Shown here: positions 19,002-26,536 of the stretch, piece after piece
Numbering within the stretch: position 1 is the stretch's first letter
Layout: each line of letters begins with the position of its first letter
Origin: Patescibacteria group bacterium
GTDB taxonomy: Bacteria > Patescibacteriota > Doudnabacteria > UBA920 > O2-02-FULL-48-8
Assembly (NCBI GenBank): GCA_036278915.1
Contig: DASUKB010000004.1
Coordinates: 73,441-137,440 of the forward strand
Reading direction: 5' to 3'
DNA length: 64,000 nucleotides
Position numbers and translations under genes: made by a program
The notes under the pieces: model-generated
What the model was told of the DNA's origin: nothing
What the model saw: the letters and a program-made list of their open reading frames with translations, nothing else
Database searches by the model: none

Positions 19002-19685
19002 CTATTTCGTGAGAAAGGCCTGTGTGAAGCTTTGGAGGCTGCCTGTGGCTTGCAGATGGACTGTGGAATCAAGCCAGGAGTCGTAGTTATGCACGGTCCG
19101 AAGATATACGGATGTAGCACCCGATACCAAAACATAGTTGCCGCGAGCGTTATCGGATCGCTTGAGGACCCCGGTAAACTGGACTTGTCCGCCTTCTGCC
19201 ACGCCGCCGCGGGCCATAGTATCCACGGCGCCAAGGGATGCGTCAGCCAGATCCAGGAACGTGAACTGGTTTAGGGTTCCAGACGCTGAAAGGTTCACCT
19301 GTTTGCCTACCAGCGAGCCAAAGTCGCGTTTGGTGGCAATGTAGATGTTGCCAGACGGGCTGGCAACCATAAGATTGCCGCGGGCTGGATTATCCGAAAC
19401 CATAAGGGTTCCGGAGGCTGCGACGTTGCCTGTGGTCGCGTTGGTTGTGTTTTGTGTTTGCGTGCCGGAGCTGTTTGTATTATCCGATGCTTGGTTGTCC
19501 CCGGAAACGTTGGTTTGGTTTTGATCGCCCTGCTCTGTTTGTGTGTTTGAGTTTTGCGGATTACTCCCGTTTGGTTTGATGAAGCCAAAGTAAACGATGG
19601 CAGCGACGATGACCACGACCACGACTGTGGTCCAGGTCCTGCGGGAGGCGTACCATTTACCAGGGCTTGCGGAGTTTTGTTCCAT
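19002..19685 (-). CDS. hypothetical membrane-anchored protein with N/T/Q-rich low-complexity linker
   Basis: TM helix (WTTVVVVVIVAAIVYFGF), a low-complexity stretch, then a beta-rich domain. Confidence 0.45.
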   Translation of the reverse strand: MEQNSASPGKWYASRRTWTTVVVVVIVAAIVYFGFIKPNGSNPQNSNTQTEQGDQNQTNVSGDNQASDNTNSSGTQTQNTTNATTGNVAASGTLMVSDNPARGNLMVASPSGNIYIATKRDFGSLVGKQVNLSASGTLNQFTFLDLADASLGAVDTMARGGVAEGGQVQFTGVLKRSDNARGNYVLVSGATSVYLRTVHNYDSWLDSTVHLQATGSLQSFTQAFLTK

Positions 19686-19835
19686 AACTTTTCGTTAATT
19701 GTAAAAGATCAAGACCTGCTTGGATTATAGCACTCCAGCAATGTGGATAAGCTAAGGCTCAAAAAGAAAAGCCGCCTCAAGACTTGGTCTCAAGGCGGTT
19801 GGATGTAGGATCTAGGGCACACACACGAAGGATTT

Positions 19836-20189
19836 TTAGGTCACGAGGTCCATTGTCTCGATCTGGAAATTGAGTTCTTCGAGAATGAAGAGCAACTCGA
19901 CCTTGTTCTTGATCATGGGACCGAAGTGATCGATCTCGAATCCCTCAAGGGAACCATTCTTACGCCTGTAGGATCTCGCGGCTACTTCCACGAATGAACC
20001 TAAAGTTGCTTCGGTCTTCTCGATCAGCTTCGCTCTATCCGCGCTTTTGCGCAGATCGTGCTGGCCGTTGTCGATAACTACGCCCTCTTCGATCCACTGC
20101 GGCTTGTTCCAAGGGTCAGGCGGGAAAAATGGTTTGAGCTGCCCGAAGATCGCTTGTGCCGCTAGACTCAACTTCTCGCAATCTGTCAT
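19836..20189 (-). CDS. hypothetical protein
   Basis: 117 aa with no recognisable family. The gene is about 52% GC, above that of the two upstream genes. It is preceded by an SD (GGAGGAAGG). Confidence 0.45.
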   Translation of the reverse strand: MTDCEKLSLAAQAIFGQLKPFFPPDPWNKPQWIEEGVVIDNGQHDLRKSADRAKLIEKTEATLGSFVEVAARSYRRKNGSLEGFEIDHFGPMIKNKVELLFILEELNFQIETMDLVT

Positions 20190-20284
20190 AACCTTCCTCC
20201 ATTCAGAAGTAGGACTATAATAACAAAAAACAGCCTCAATGACGAGACTGTCTTCCTGGCAGCGAGCTTGGGATGAGGTGGGAG

Positions 20285-20758
20285 CTAATCTTGTTCAGGT
20301 AATGCCTGATGGTGTCCTGAAACAGTTGAATTAAATATTTCTAGAGCCCATTTAATAATTTGTTTATCGTGGACCTGAGTCAACTCAGAACCAGCTGTTA
20401 TAAACTTATGTCTGGTGGTCTCAGATGCATCAGGGTCGGCAGCAGCATAAACCACTTTTTTAACACCGGCTTGAATCAAGTTCGTAGTGCAGTCTCCGTA
20501 CTTTTCACCCTGACCACCGGGACTGCGTTTACCACAAGGCTCAACAGTTGTATATACAATGTCATTTTCCAAAATCGACTCTCCGGCAGATTTCAAATTT
20601 TGCAATAAAGCATATTCAGAATGAATTCCATTATTTGTACTGATTCCGCTAGCGATAATTTTCCCGTCTCTGACTAAACATGAAGTAACCACTCCGCCTT
20701 TGTCGTCGGACTGTTTAGATATTTCAAAAAGATGGTTAAATATTTCTAGTTCAGTCAT
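20285..20758 (-). CDS. CMP/dCMP-type zinc deaminase domain protein (RibD-N/ComEB-like)
   Basis: HSE...(about 27 aa)...EPCGKRSPGGQGEKYGDC...LIQAGVKKVVYAAADPD matches the H[AS]E / PC..C zinc-binding signature and its downstream helix. Confidence 0.65.
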   Translation of the reverse strand: MTELEIFNHLFEISKQSDDKGGVVTSCLVRDGKIIASGISTNNGIHSEYALLQNLKSAGESILENDIVYTTVEPCGKRSPGGQGEKYGDCTTNLIQAGVKKVVYAAADPDASETTRHKFITAGSELTQVHDKQIIKWALEIFNSTVSGHHQALPEQD

Positions 20759-20832
20759 AACGCAAGTTTAACAAAAAACAGCCTCATTGACGAGGCTATC
20801 TTTTGGCAGCAAACTTGGGAGAAGGCTGAAAA

Positions 20833-21453
20833 CTATTTAATCAATTCTTTGATCTTGTTAATGTAATCGGAACGGTCTACTGAGATAACTGGCATATTAT
20901 ATTTCCTTGCCTCCATTTTAATCATTTCATTAAAAGCAAAAACCCATTCCACTTCCTTCTCTTTAACATTATCTGGATACTTACTGGCTTCATCCCACAG
21001 ACCACGTGTGAAGACGGTGTTCCTAACGCGGTCTTTGTCCTCGTCTATGAGAAAAATTGATCGAATATCGACTTCGGATTTCCACCCCTGGTTCGCTATT
21101 AGGTGAGGAAGAATAGCAACACCTTCAATTATGAAATCGCCCCAGAAGTAATTAACCTCGACAAAACTCCGTACACCTTTCCAAACGTCCTCGCTCTCTT
21201 TGTTTTGATGAGCTACAATTTGGTCCGGCGTGTTGTTATTGAGGAATTCTACGGCAATATCCGCTCCAATACTTACACCGGGATCACCATGCAAAAAAAG
21301 GTTTGGATAATCTTCTTTTCTAACTATCCAACGCATCTGCTCTCGGATCATATCTGTAGAAATCCAAGGCACATCTAGTTCTTTTGCCAATATCCCCGCA
21401 GTATGAGTTTTTCCAGCCGTTGGTGATCCACCGATTAAAACAACTTTATTCAT
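20833..21453 (-). CDS. P-loop nucleotide/nucleoside kinase-like protein
   Basis: Walker A motif LIGGSPTAGKTHTAG at the N-terminus, with a Walker-B-like hydrophobic strand ending in D (SIFLIDED). The fold resembles small NMP/2-phosphoglycerate-kinase-like kinases. Confidence 0.6.
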   Translation of the reverse strand: MNKVVLIGGSPTAGKTHTAGILAKELDVPWISTDMIREQMRWIVRKEDYPNLFLHGDPGVSIGADIAVEFLNNNTPDQIVAHQNKESEDVWKGVRSFVEVNYFWGDFIIEGVAILPHLIANQGWKSEVDIRSIFLIDEDKDRVRNTVFTRGLWDEASKYPDNVKEKEVEWVFAFNEMIKMEARKYNMPVISVDRSDYINKIKELIK

Positions 21454-21607
21454 ATCCTAAGCATAACAAAAAACACTAGCAATAGCTAGACAATCTCGGG
21501 CTGGTCGATTGGACAGTAGAAAGACAGTGCTGCCTTCCCTCACTTCTGCCCGTTCGATTCCTACGATGACTATCAAAAAAGCGCCACGCAGAAGCGTGTC
21601 GCTTTTT

Positions 21608-21681
21608 TGGCAGGGGGTGTAGGAATCGAACCTACGCCAACGGTTTTGGAGACCGCAGTACTACCACTATACTAACCCCCC
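21608..21681 (-). tRNA. tRNA-Trp (anticodon CCA)
   Basis: Minus-strand GGGGGGTTAGTATAGTGGTAGTACTGCGGTCTCCAAAACCGTTGGCGTAGGTTCGATTCCTACACCCCCTGCCA. Cloverleaf with anticodon loop CUCCAAA. Confidence 0.85.
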
Positions 21682-21691
21682 TCATAGGGAA

Positions 21692-21946
21692 CTATTTAAT
21701 CCCTAATCGTTTTAATAACCCTGTATAGGACGATCCAAAATCTTTTAATTTCTGTTCTCTGTTCAGAGCCGCAGCTTTATCGGGATAAGCTTCAAAGTAA
21801 ATCAATTTTAAAGGCAGTCGACTACTTGTAGATTTGACCTTGCCTGGATTATGGAGGTTGAGCCGTGACATTACATCTTCGGTGTAGCCGATATAAAATC
21901 CATTATCTTTCAGACTTTGCAAGAGGTAAACGAAATGCATATCCAT
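21692..21946 (-). CDS. GIY-YIG domain nuclease (small free-standing)
   Basis: MDMHFVYLLQSLKDNGFYIGYTEDVMSRLNLHNPGKV...IYFEAYPDKAAALNREQKLK carries the GIY..YIG and conserved R, E, N positions. Start set at ATG 21946. The ORF caller's longer N-terminus just translates the tRNA remnant. Confidence 0.7.
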   Translation of the reverse strand: MDMHFVYLLQSLKDNGFYIGYTEDVMSRLNLHNPGKVKSTSSRLPLKLIYFEAYPDKAAALNREQKLKDFGSSYTGLLKRLGIK

Positions 21947-21950
21947 ACTA

Positions 21951-22023
21951 TGGGTGTAGGAATCGCCCCGCCTCTCGCGAGGTGGGGTTGGAGACCGCAG
22001 TACTACCACTATACTAACCCCCC
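21951..22023 (-). pseudogene. tRNA-Trp pseudo-copy (nt 1-37 intact, middle replaced by a 22-nt hairpin, 3' end degenerate)
   Basis: 22023-21989 is identical to tRNA-Trp positions 1-37, ending exactly after the anticodon loop A37. Then comes CCCCACCTCGCGAGAGGCGGGG, then CGATTCCTACACCC (T-arm 3' part). There is no acceptor 3' strand or CCA. Confidence 0.6.
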
Positions 22024-22081
22024 TCGTCATCCTGAACGCAGTGAAGGACCTTTGGATTCTTCGCTTCGCTCAGAATGACAC
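22024..22081. repeat. palindromic hairpin repeat, family 1, copy B
   Basis: TCGTCATCCTGAACGCAGTGAAGGACCTTTGGATTCTTCGCTTCGCTCAGAATGACAC, abutting the 5' end of the tRNA-Trp pseudo-copy. Confidence 0.85.
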
Positions 22082-22088
22082 AATATTA

Positions 22089-22244
22089 CTATTTAGTTTC
22101 TTTGTGTTCGGTGTGCTTTTTGCACCATTTGCAAAACTTGCTCGTAACCAAACGGTTTGGAGTCAGTTTTTTGTTCTTGCGGGAATGGTAGTTTATGTGA
22201 TGGCAAACCGTACATTCCATGCTAATCAAATTGTCCTGCGACAT
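22089..22244 (-). CDS. rpmG: 50S ribosomal protein L33
   Basis: ...MECTVCHHINYHSRKNKKLTPNRLVTSKFCKWCKKHTEHKETK shows the L33 zinc-ribbon pattern and the C-terminal KHT.HKE.K. Start at MSQDNLIS. Confidence 0.8.
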   Translation of the reverse strand: MSQDNLISMECTVCHHINYHSRKNKKLTPNRLVTSKFCKWCKKHTEHKETK

Positions 22245-22267
22245 ACTGTTCCTTTCTAAAAAGTTTA

Positions 22268-22392
22268 TTAGCGAGTACACTGACAAAATTAGCCTTCGCA
22301 GGCGGCCTCAGCCGCCGAGAAAGCAGGATGCAAAAATTGACCTTCCAATGTCAATTTTTGACATCCGGTAATTTTGTCAGCGTACGAGCGAT
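22268..22392 (-). promoter_or_regulatory. structured leader between tRNA-Thr and rpmG with long inverted repeats
   Basis: Arms ttagcgagtacactgacaaaattag and taattttgtcagcgtacgagcg flank an inner hairpin (gcggcctcagccgc) and a second inverted repeat (caaaaattgaca...tgtcaatttttg). Confidence 0.35.
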
Positions 22393-22396
22393 TTCC

Positions 22397-22472
22397 TGGA
22401 GCTGTCGGTCGGAATTGAACCGACGACCTACTCCTTACCATGGAGTTGCTCTACCAACTGAGCTACGACAGC
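22397..22472 (-). tRNA. tRNA-Thr (anticodon GGU)
   Basis: GCTGTCGTAGCTCAGTTGGTAGAGCAACTCCATGGTAAGGAGTAGGTCGTCGGTTCAATTCCGACCGACAGCTCCA, with anticodon loop AUGGUAA. Confidence 0.85.
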
Positions 22473-22546
22473 ACGCCTTTTGGACGCTTTAACCTGCACA
22501 CTGTAACACAAAAACTAATTTTAATCAACCCTTTTTCCAAACCGAA

Positions 22547-23287
22547 TTAAGCTGATTTTTCCACCGGGAGGGTGAAGTGGAAGGTTGTGCCTTTCCCCTG
22601 TTTGGATTCAAACCAGATGCGGCCGCCTGAGGCTTCTATAAACGATTTGGTGATGTACATGCCTAACCCTGTGCCAGTGGATTCAAATTCCAAAATGTTT
22701 GAACCGCGGAAAAATTTACTGAACACGCGCGGCTGTTGGGCTTTGGGTATGCCGACTCCGGTATCGCGGAATGTAACGTGGGCAAACCCATGGTCGAGCA
22801 TCAGGTTTATATCAATCCGTGATTTTTCCCGGCAATAAGTGATGGCATTCTCGACAAGATTGAGCACTGCTTGTTTGATTTTGATCGGCTCTGAATCCAC
22901 AAATGGAAAAGGTTCCTGCTCCACTGTAAAGGTCACCCTGATCTCTTTTTTCTTGATCTCGGAAGCTTCCTGCCGCAGTACCTGGTTTATGGTGCCCGCC
23001 AAATCCGTGGGTTGGAGATACAGTTTGGTGTTGCCTGACTCAAGCCTTGAGACTTCCAGCAGATCGTTGACCAGTTTGATCATGCGCTCGTTGGCCAAGT
23101 AGATTTTCTCCAAAATATCTTTTTGTTTGCGCGTCAAATTGTCGGTCTTGCTTTGTTCCAGCAATTCCAAAAGCCACTTGACGCCAGTAAGCGGCGTGCG
23201 CAGCTGATGACTGGTCAACGAAATAAAATCCGCCTCCAATCGGGAGGCTTTATCGGGAAGTTCAATTTTGGCTCGATTGCGTGGCAT
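22547..23287 (-). CDS. sensor histidine kinase (cytoplasmic, HisKA + HATPase_c)
   Basis: H-box LTSHQLRTPLTGVK, with N, G1 and G2 boxes in the C-terminal part (GTGLGMYI). Confidence 0.75.
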   Translation of the reverse strand: MPRNRAKIELPDKASRLEADFISLTSHQLRTPLTGVKWLLELLEQSKTDNLTRKQKDILEKIYLANERMIKLVNDLLEVSRLESGNTKLYLQPTDLAGTINQVLRQEASEIKKKEIRVTFTVEQEPFPFVDSEPIKIKQAVLNLVENAITYCREKSRIDINLMLDHGFAHVTFRDTGVGIPKAQQPRVFSKFFRGSNILEFESTGTGLGMYITKSFIEASGGRIWFESKQGKGTTFHFTLPVEKSA

Positions 23288-23290
23288 ACA

Positions 23291-25060
23291 TTAGGCCACA
23301 GGCTTAGGCGCGGCTGCAAGCGGAATGTTGAAATAAAATGTCGTACCTTTGCCGACTTCGGAAAAAATTCCAATGTGGCCGCCGTGCGCCTCCACAATGC
23401 CTTTGGAAATCACCAATCCCAAGCCGGTCCCTTTTTTCTCAGAAACGGCGCCCTGCTCCAGCTGCGTAAATTTATTGAACAGCTTGCCCATCTGCTCCTC
23501 AGCAATGCCGACACCGGTGTCCGTGACCGCAATTATGAGCTGGTCCGAACTGTACTTAACATCCTCTTTTATACCCGGCCAGATCATGCCCAACCCTGTG
23601 ACGCGAGAGAGCATTTGTTCGCCGGCAGCAAGCGTGAACGCGGAGATCAAAACTTTTCCTCCTGCGGAAAATTTAAACGCGTTGGACAGAAAGTTATTCA
23701 GAACCTGGCCGATTTTATTTTCGTCCACGGACACAGCCGCAGGCAGATTCAAGCCAGTTTTACTTTCAAGCGCAATCCGATTCTCTGCGGCCAAAGTCTT
23801 ATATGAACTGATTTTCATTTGTATCAGCGCCGCGATGTCCGTAGGTTTTTTCAAAACCTGAAACTTTCCCGATTCAAGCTTGGCCACGTCCAGCAGATCG
23901 TTCACCAAATCGAGCATAGACGCGGAATTCGTGACTATGAGATCGATAAATTCCTGGTATTTTTTCTGCTCGTTTTTAATCTTATCCTCACGCAGAAGGT
24001 TGGCTATGGACCGGATGCCGGTCAGAGGACTGCGCAGTTCGTGGACCATCATGGAGGTAAAGTCCTCGCGCATCTTTTCCACGGCCTGCTCCTGGGTGAT
24101 GTCGTGGAAGAGCACAACCGCGCCCAAGGCCTGGTTTTCTGCATCCTTAACCGGACTTATAAGCACGCGCAAAAATTTATCTTGCAGCTGCAGCTTATCC
24201 TCCACAGTAAGTTTATCTGTCTTGATGCTTTCCTCAATTTTTGTCCGCAGGTCAATTTTGGAAGACAACGCGTCCAGCACGTCAAATATAGAGGGCTGCG
24301 GCTTGCTCAATCCAAGCATGTTGCGCGCAGCTGGATTTATGACGAGAAGCCTATTGCGGGTATCCACCATAAAAACGCCGTCGGCCATGGACGAGACCAT
24401 GGAATTGAGCTTGCCTTTTTCCTGATCCAAGATCATTTCAAGCTTAGACACCGCAGTCGAAGCCTGGTCCATAATTGTGTAAAGAATGGACATTTCATCC
24501 TCTTTGTACAAATCCTCCTGGGTTGAGGCAATAGTCAAAAGTCCCACTGCCTGGGCATTGATAATAACAGGAACGTTGAAAAACGACTTGATTCCTTTTT
24601 TGTTGGTTTCATCCGTTATGGTTCCGGAAATGGATTCATCTAGATCCTGTGGCGTGATATTTCGTCCCAGCAGTTCGGATAAAGCCTTGCTGCTTCGAAT
24701 TTTTACGTCATCCACGAACTTTTGGCTTATCGATTCTTCCAGCACGCAGTGAAATATAACCCGGCCTTCGTCGGTGAGCAACAGGTACGAAACCGTGGAG
24801 TACGGCAGAAGCTTGCGCAGGGAACCGGTGATAACGTCCACGATTTTCTGGACATTGAGCGAGTAACCGATGCGCTCGCCCAGCTCTTTAAGTATGGAAA
24901 CTTCATACATTCGCCGCTGCATTTCGCCTTCTTTGTGGTGCAGGTCTTTGCGCATGCGGCGATTTTCCCACCAAATAAAAATAATGACAATCACAGTATA
25001 GATTGCCAGCGCGGTAATGATTAAAGTTCCTTGTGAACTAAAAATGCTGTCCATGAACAA
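23291..25060 (-). CDS. membrane sensor histidine kinase with GAF/PAS-like sensor domains
   Basis: N-terminal TM helix and coiled coil, then sensor domains, then H-box MMVHELRSPLTGIRSI and an ATPase domain (GTGLGLVISKGIVEAHGG). Confidence 0.75.
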   Translation of the reverse strand: MFMDSIFSSQGTLIITALAIYTVIVIIFIWWENRRMRKDLHHKEGEMQRRMYEVSILKELGERIGYSLNVQKIVDVITGSLRKLLPYSTVSYLLLTDEGRVIFHCVLEESISQKFVDDVKIRSSKALSELLGRNITPQDLDESISGTITDETNKKGIKSFFNVPVIINAQAVGLLTIASTQEDLYKEDEMSILYTIMDQASTAVSKLEMILDQEKGKLNSMVSSMADGVFMVDTRNRLLVINPAARNMLGLSKPQPSIFDVLDALSSKIDLRTKIEESIKTDKLTVEDKLQLQDKFLRVLISPVKDAENQALGAVVLFHDITQEQAVEKMREDFTSMMVHELRSPLTGIRSIANLLREDKIKNEQKKYQEFIDLIVTNSASMLDLVNDLLDVAKLESGKFQVLKKPTDIAALIQMKISSYKTLAAENRIALESKTGLNLPAAVSVDENKIGQVLNNFLSNAFKFSAGGKVLISAFTLAAGEQMLSRVTGLGMIWPGIKEDVKYSSDQLIIAVTDTGVGIAEEQMGKLFNKFTQLEQGAVSEKKGTGLGLVISKGIVEAHGGHIGIFSEVGKGTTFYFNIPLAAAPKPVA

Positions 25061-25069
25061 ATCTGCTGA

Positions 25070-25369
25070 TTAGACTTTGGCCGCTGCTGCCAGACGGGAA
25101 AATCCCAAGCCCAAAAACAGTACGCCCAAAAGATTGAGGCAGTCCTGAACCAGGCTTAAGGTTGTAGTCGGCTCAAGCAGTCCAAAATTGATAAGGAATT
25201 TCTCGATAACGGCAATCACCACGAACAGCATGCCGGCCCCGAGAAGCCGGATTGCGCGACCGATGAGGCCGCCATAAGCCTTGGTTGAGGCGTGCAGGCT
25301 GTAGAAGCCGCCAATGACAATAATTATAACGAGACCTTGTACTGCAAATTCAAGCGGATTTTGTATCAT
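25070..25369 (-). CDS. hypothetical small membrane protein
   Basis: 99 aa with three hydrophobic helices. Confidence 0.35.
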   Translation of the reverse strand: MIQNPLEFAVQGLVIIIVIGGFYSLHASTKAYGGLIGRAIRLLGAGMLFVVIAVIEKFLINFGLLEPTTTLSLVQDCLNLLGVLFLGLGFSRLAAAAKV

Positions 25370-25390
25370 AAATTTTTGTTTTAACTTAAT

Positions 25391-25663
25391 TTATTGGATA
25401 GAAACTTTGATTTCTGGATATTTGGCAAATACGGGATTCAAAATATTTTTTACAATCTGTCCGGACAATCCGATGTACTCGTCAATCAGCTGCTGCAGCA
25501 CGGTCTGCGGGTCGCCCTCTATGCTTTGGATCCGACCCTGGTCGTCCAGCGTAAGCCCCGCGACGTTGCGCGCCTTCATAAGCACGATGTCGGGACCAAG
25601 GATAATGATTTGTTTGGCAATAATATCGTTTATGAGGCTGATGTACTGTTTTGTGTCTGTCAT
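25391..25663 (-). CDS. hypothetical protein
   Basis: 90-aa ORF between the receiver and kinase genes. No family recognised. Confidence 0.35.
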   Translation of the reverse strand: MTDTKQYISLINDIIAKQIIILGPDIVLMKARNVAGLTLDDQGRIQSIEGDPQTVLQQLIDEYIGLSGQIVKNILNPVFAKYPEIKVSIQ

Positions 25664-25667
25664 GGAA

Positions 25668-26105
25668 TTAGCTTAAGGGCGGCATGGGGACTTTGAATCC
25701 CCCTTCGCCCGCCTTGCGGCGCTCCAGTACGGTTTTGATCTTTGTCACCAATTCCTCCAGTCGGTAATTGGCCTTAACCAGATAATCCATTGCGCCCATG
25801 GATAACGCGTCTGAAATTTTGTCGTAATCGGAAAGGTTTGTAAGTATGACTACGGGAATTTCTTTGGTGTTCTCCTGCGCTTTCATCTGCTTGAGCGTAG
25901 AAATGCCATCGAGTCTGGGCATAACCAAATCCAAAAGCATTAAATCTGGCTGCTCGGCCGCGGCTTTCTCCAAGCCTTCCACTCCATCCTTGGCTCCCAC
26001 TACCTCAAACCCCTCTTGCCGAAGCTCTTCTGACAGGGCAGTTAAAAGAATTTCCTCATCCTCCACTACCAAAATTTTGAGCTTTTTCCCGGATTTTTTG
26101 TCCAT
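25668..26105 (-). CDS. response regulator receiver domain protein (stand-alone REC)
   Basis: KILVVEDEEILLTALSEEL...LMLLDLVMPRLDG...KEIPVVILT carries the phospho-acceptor Asp and the T/K motifs. Confidence 0.8.
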   Translation of the reverse strand: MDKKSGKKLKILVVEDEEILLTALSEELRQEGFEVVGAKDGVEGLEKAAAEQPDLMLLDLVMPRLDGISTLKQMKAQENTKEIPVVILTNLSDYDKISDALSMGAMDYLVKANYRLEELVTKIKTVLERRKAGEGGFKVPMPPLS

Positions 26106-26180
26106 AATTGTTTGTTTCTGTTCTTTAGCAATTTAACGCCAATATTATAACATAATTTAATGTCAACGCAAAGAGAAAAG

Positions 26181-26207
26181 CCTGATCGCAAAGATCAAGC
26201 TTTTTTC
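26181..26207. terminator. bidirectional terminator
   Basis: aaaagcctgatcgcaaagatcaagctttttt. Confidence 0.5.
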
Positions 26208-26227
26208 TGGTGGGCAGGATAGGATTC
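26201..26227 (+). repeat. 27-nt direct repeat (copy 1) = tRNA-Tyr 3' end plus downstream T-run
   Basis: TTTTTTCTGGTGGGCAGGATAGGATTC is identical to 26334-26360. Confidence 0.8.
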
Positions 26228-26333
26228 TCATTCGCCGCTTGAGCGGCTCCTTACGGGGTTGCGGCTGCGACTTAGGTCTTGCCTCACTTCAACCCGTTCG
26301 AATCTACTATAGAAAAAATCCAGGTTAAAACCT

Positions 26334-26360
26334 GGATTTTTTCTGGTGGGCAGGATAGGA
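26334..26360 (+). repeat. 27-nt direct repeat (copy 2), overlapping the tRNA-Tyr 3' end
   Basis: Identical 27-mer. The two copies bracket a 106-nt hairpin-rich segment (26228-26333). Confidence 0.8.
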
Positions 26361-26430
26361 TTCGAACCTATGAAGGCGCAAGGCCAGCTGATTTACAGTC
26401 AGCCGCGTTTGACCGCTTCGCTACCTGCCC
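26344..26430 (-). tRNA. tRNA-Tyr (anticodon GUA), class II long variable arm
   Basis: GGGCAGGTAGCGAAGCGGTCAAACGCGGCTGACTGTAAATCAGCTGGCCTTGCGCCTTCATAGGTTCGAATCCTATCCTGCCCACCA. Confidence 0.85.
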
Positions 26431-26431
26431 G

Positions 26432-26505
26432 TGGAGCCCCCGGGTAGAATCGAACTACCGCCTACGGTTTACAAAACCGTTGTTCTGCCACTGAACTAAG
26501 GGGGC
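26432..26505 (-). tRNA. tRNA-Thr (anticodon UGU)
   Basis: GCCCCCTTAGTTCAGTGGCAGAACAACGGTTTTGTAAACCGTAGGCGGTAGTTCGATTCTACCCGGGGGCTCCA, with a 1-nt spacer to tRNA-Tyr. Confidence 0.85.
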
Positions 26506-26536
26506 TAATTTTTATTAATTCTTTGTTTATTTTATT

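Noticed and set aside
20190-20832. Possible integron attC sites between the small genes
   Set aside because: The imperfect palindromes are only 7 bp. The GTTRRRY and RYYYAAC core sites are not convincingly present at both ends. There is a T-run typical of intrinsic terminators. They are better explained as terminators.
21682-21988. tRNA-Trp with an intron (group I or archaeal-type) carrying the GIY-YIG ORF
   Set aside because: The remnant does stop at the canonical 37/38 site. But the downstream tRNA-Trp is complete, including its own 5' half, rather than a bare 3' exon. A duplication or insertion footprint is the simpler explanation.
23123-24526. Plus-strand ORFs 23123..23806, 23349..23861, 23819..24526 and 23880..24425
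   Set aside because: Antisense to the histidine kinase gene, whose motifs are clear on the minus strand.
26228-26333. Third tRNA (expected tRNA-Gly by analogy with thrU-tyrU-glyT-thrT)
   Set aside because: No acceptor-stem partner, D-arm or anticodon arm can be built. Only the 3' 20 nt are tRNA-like.
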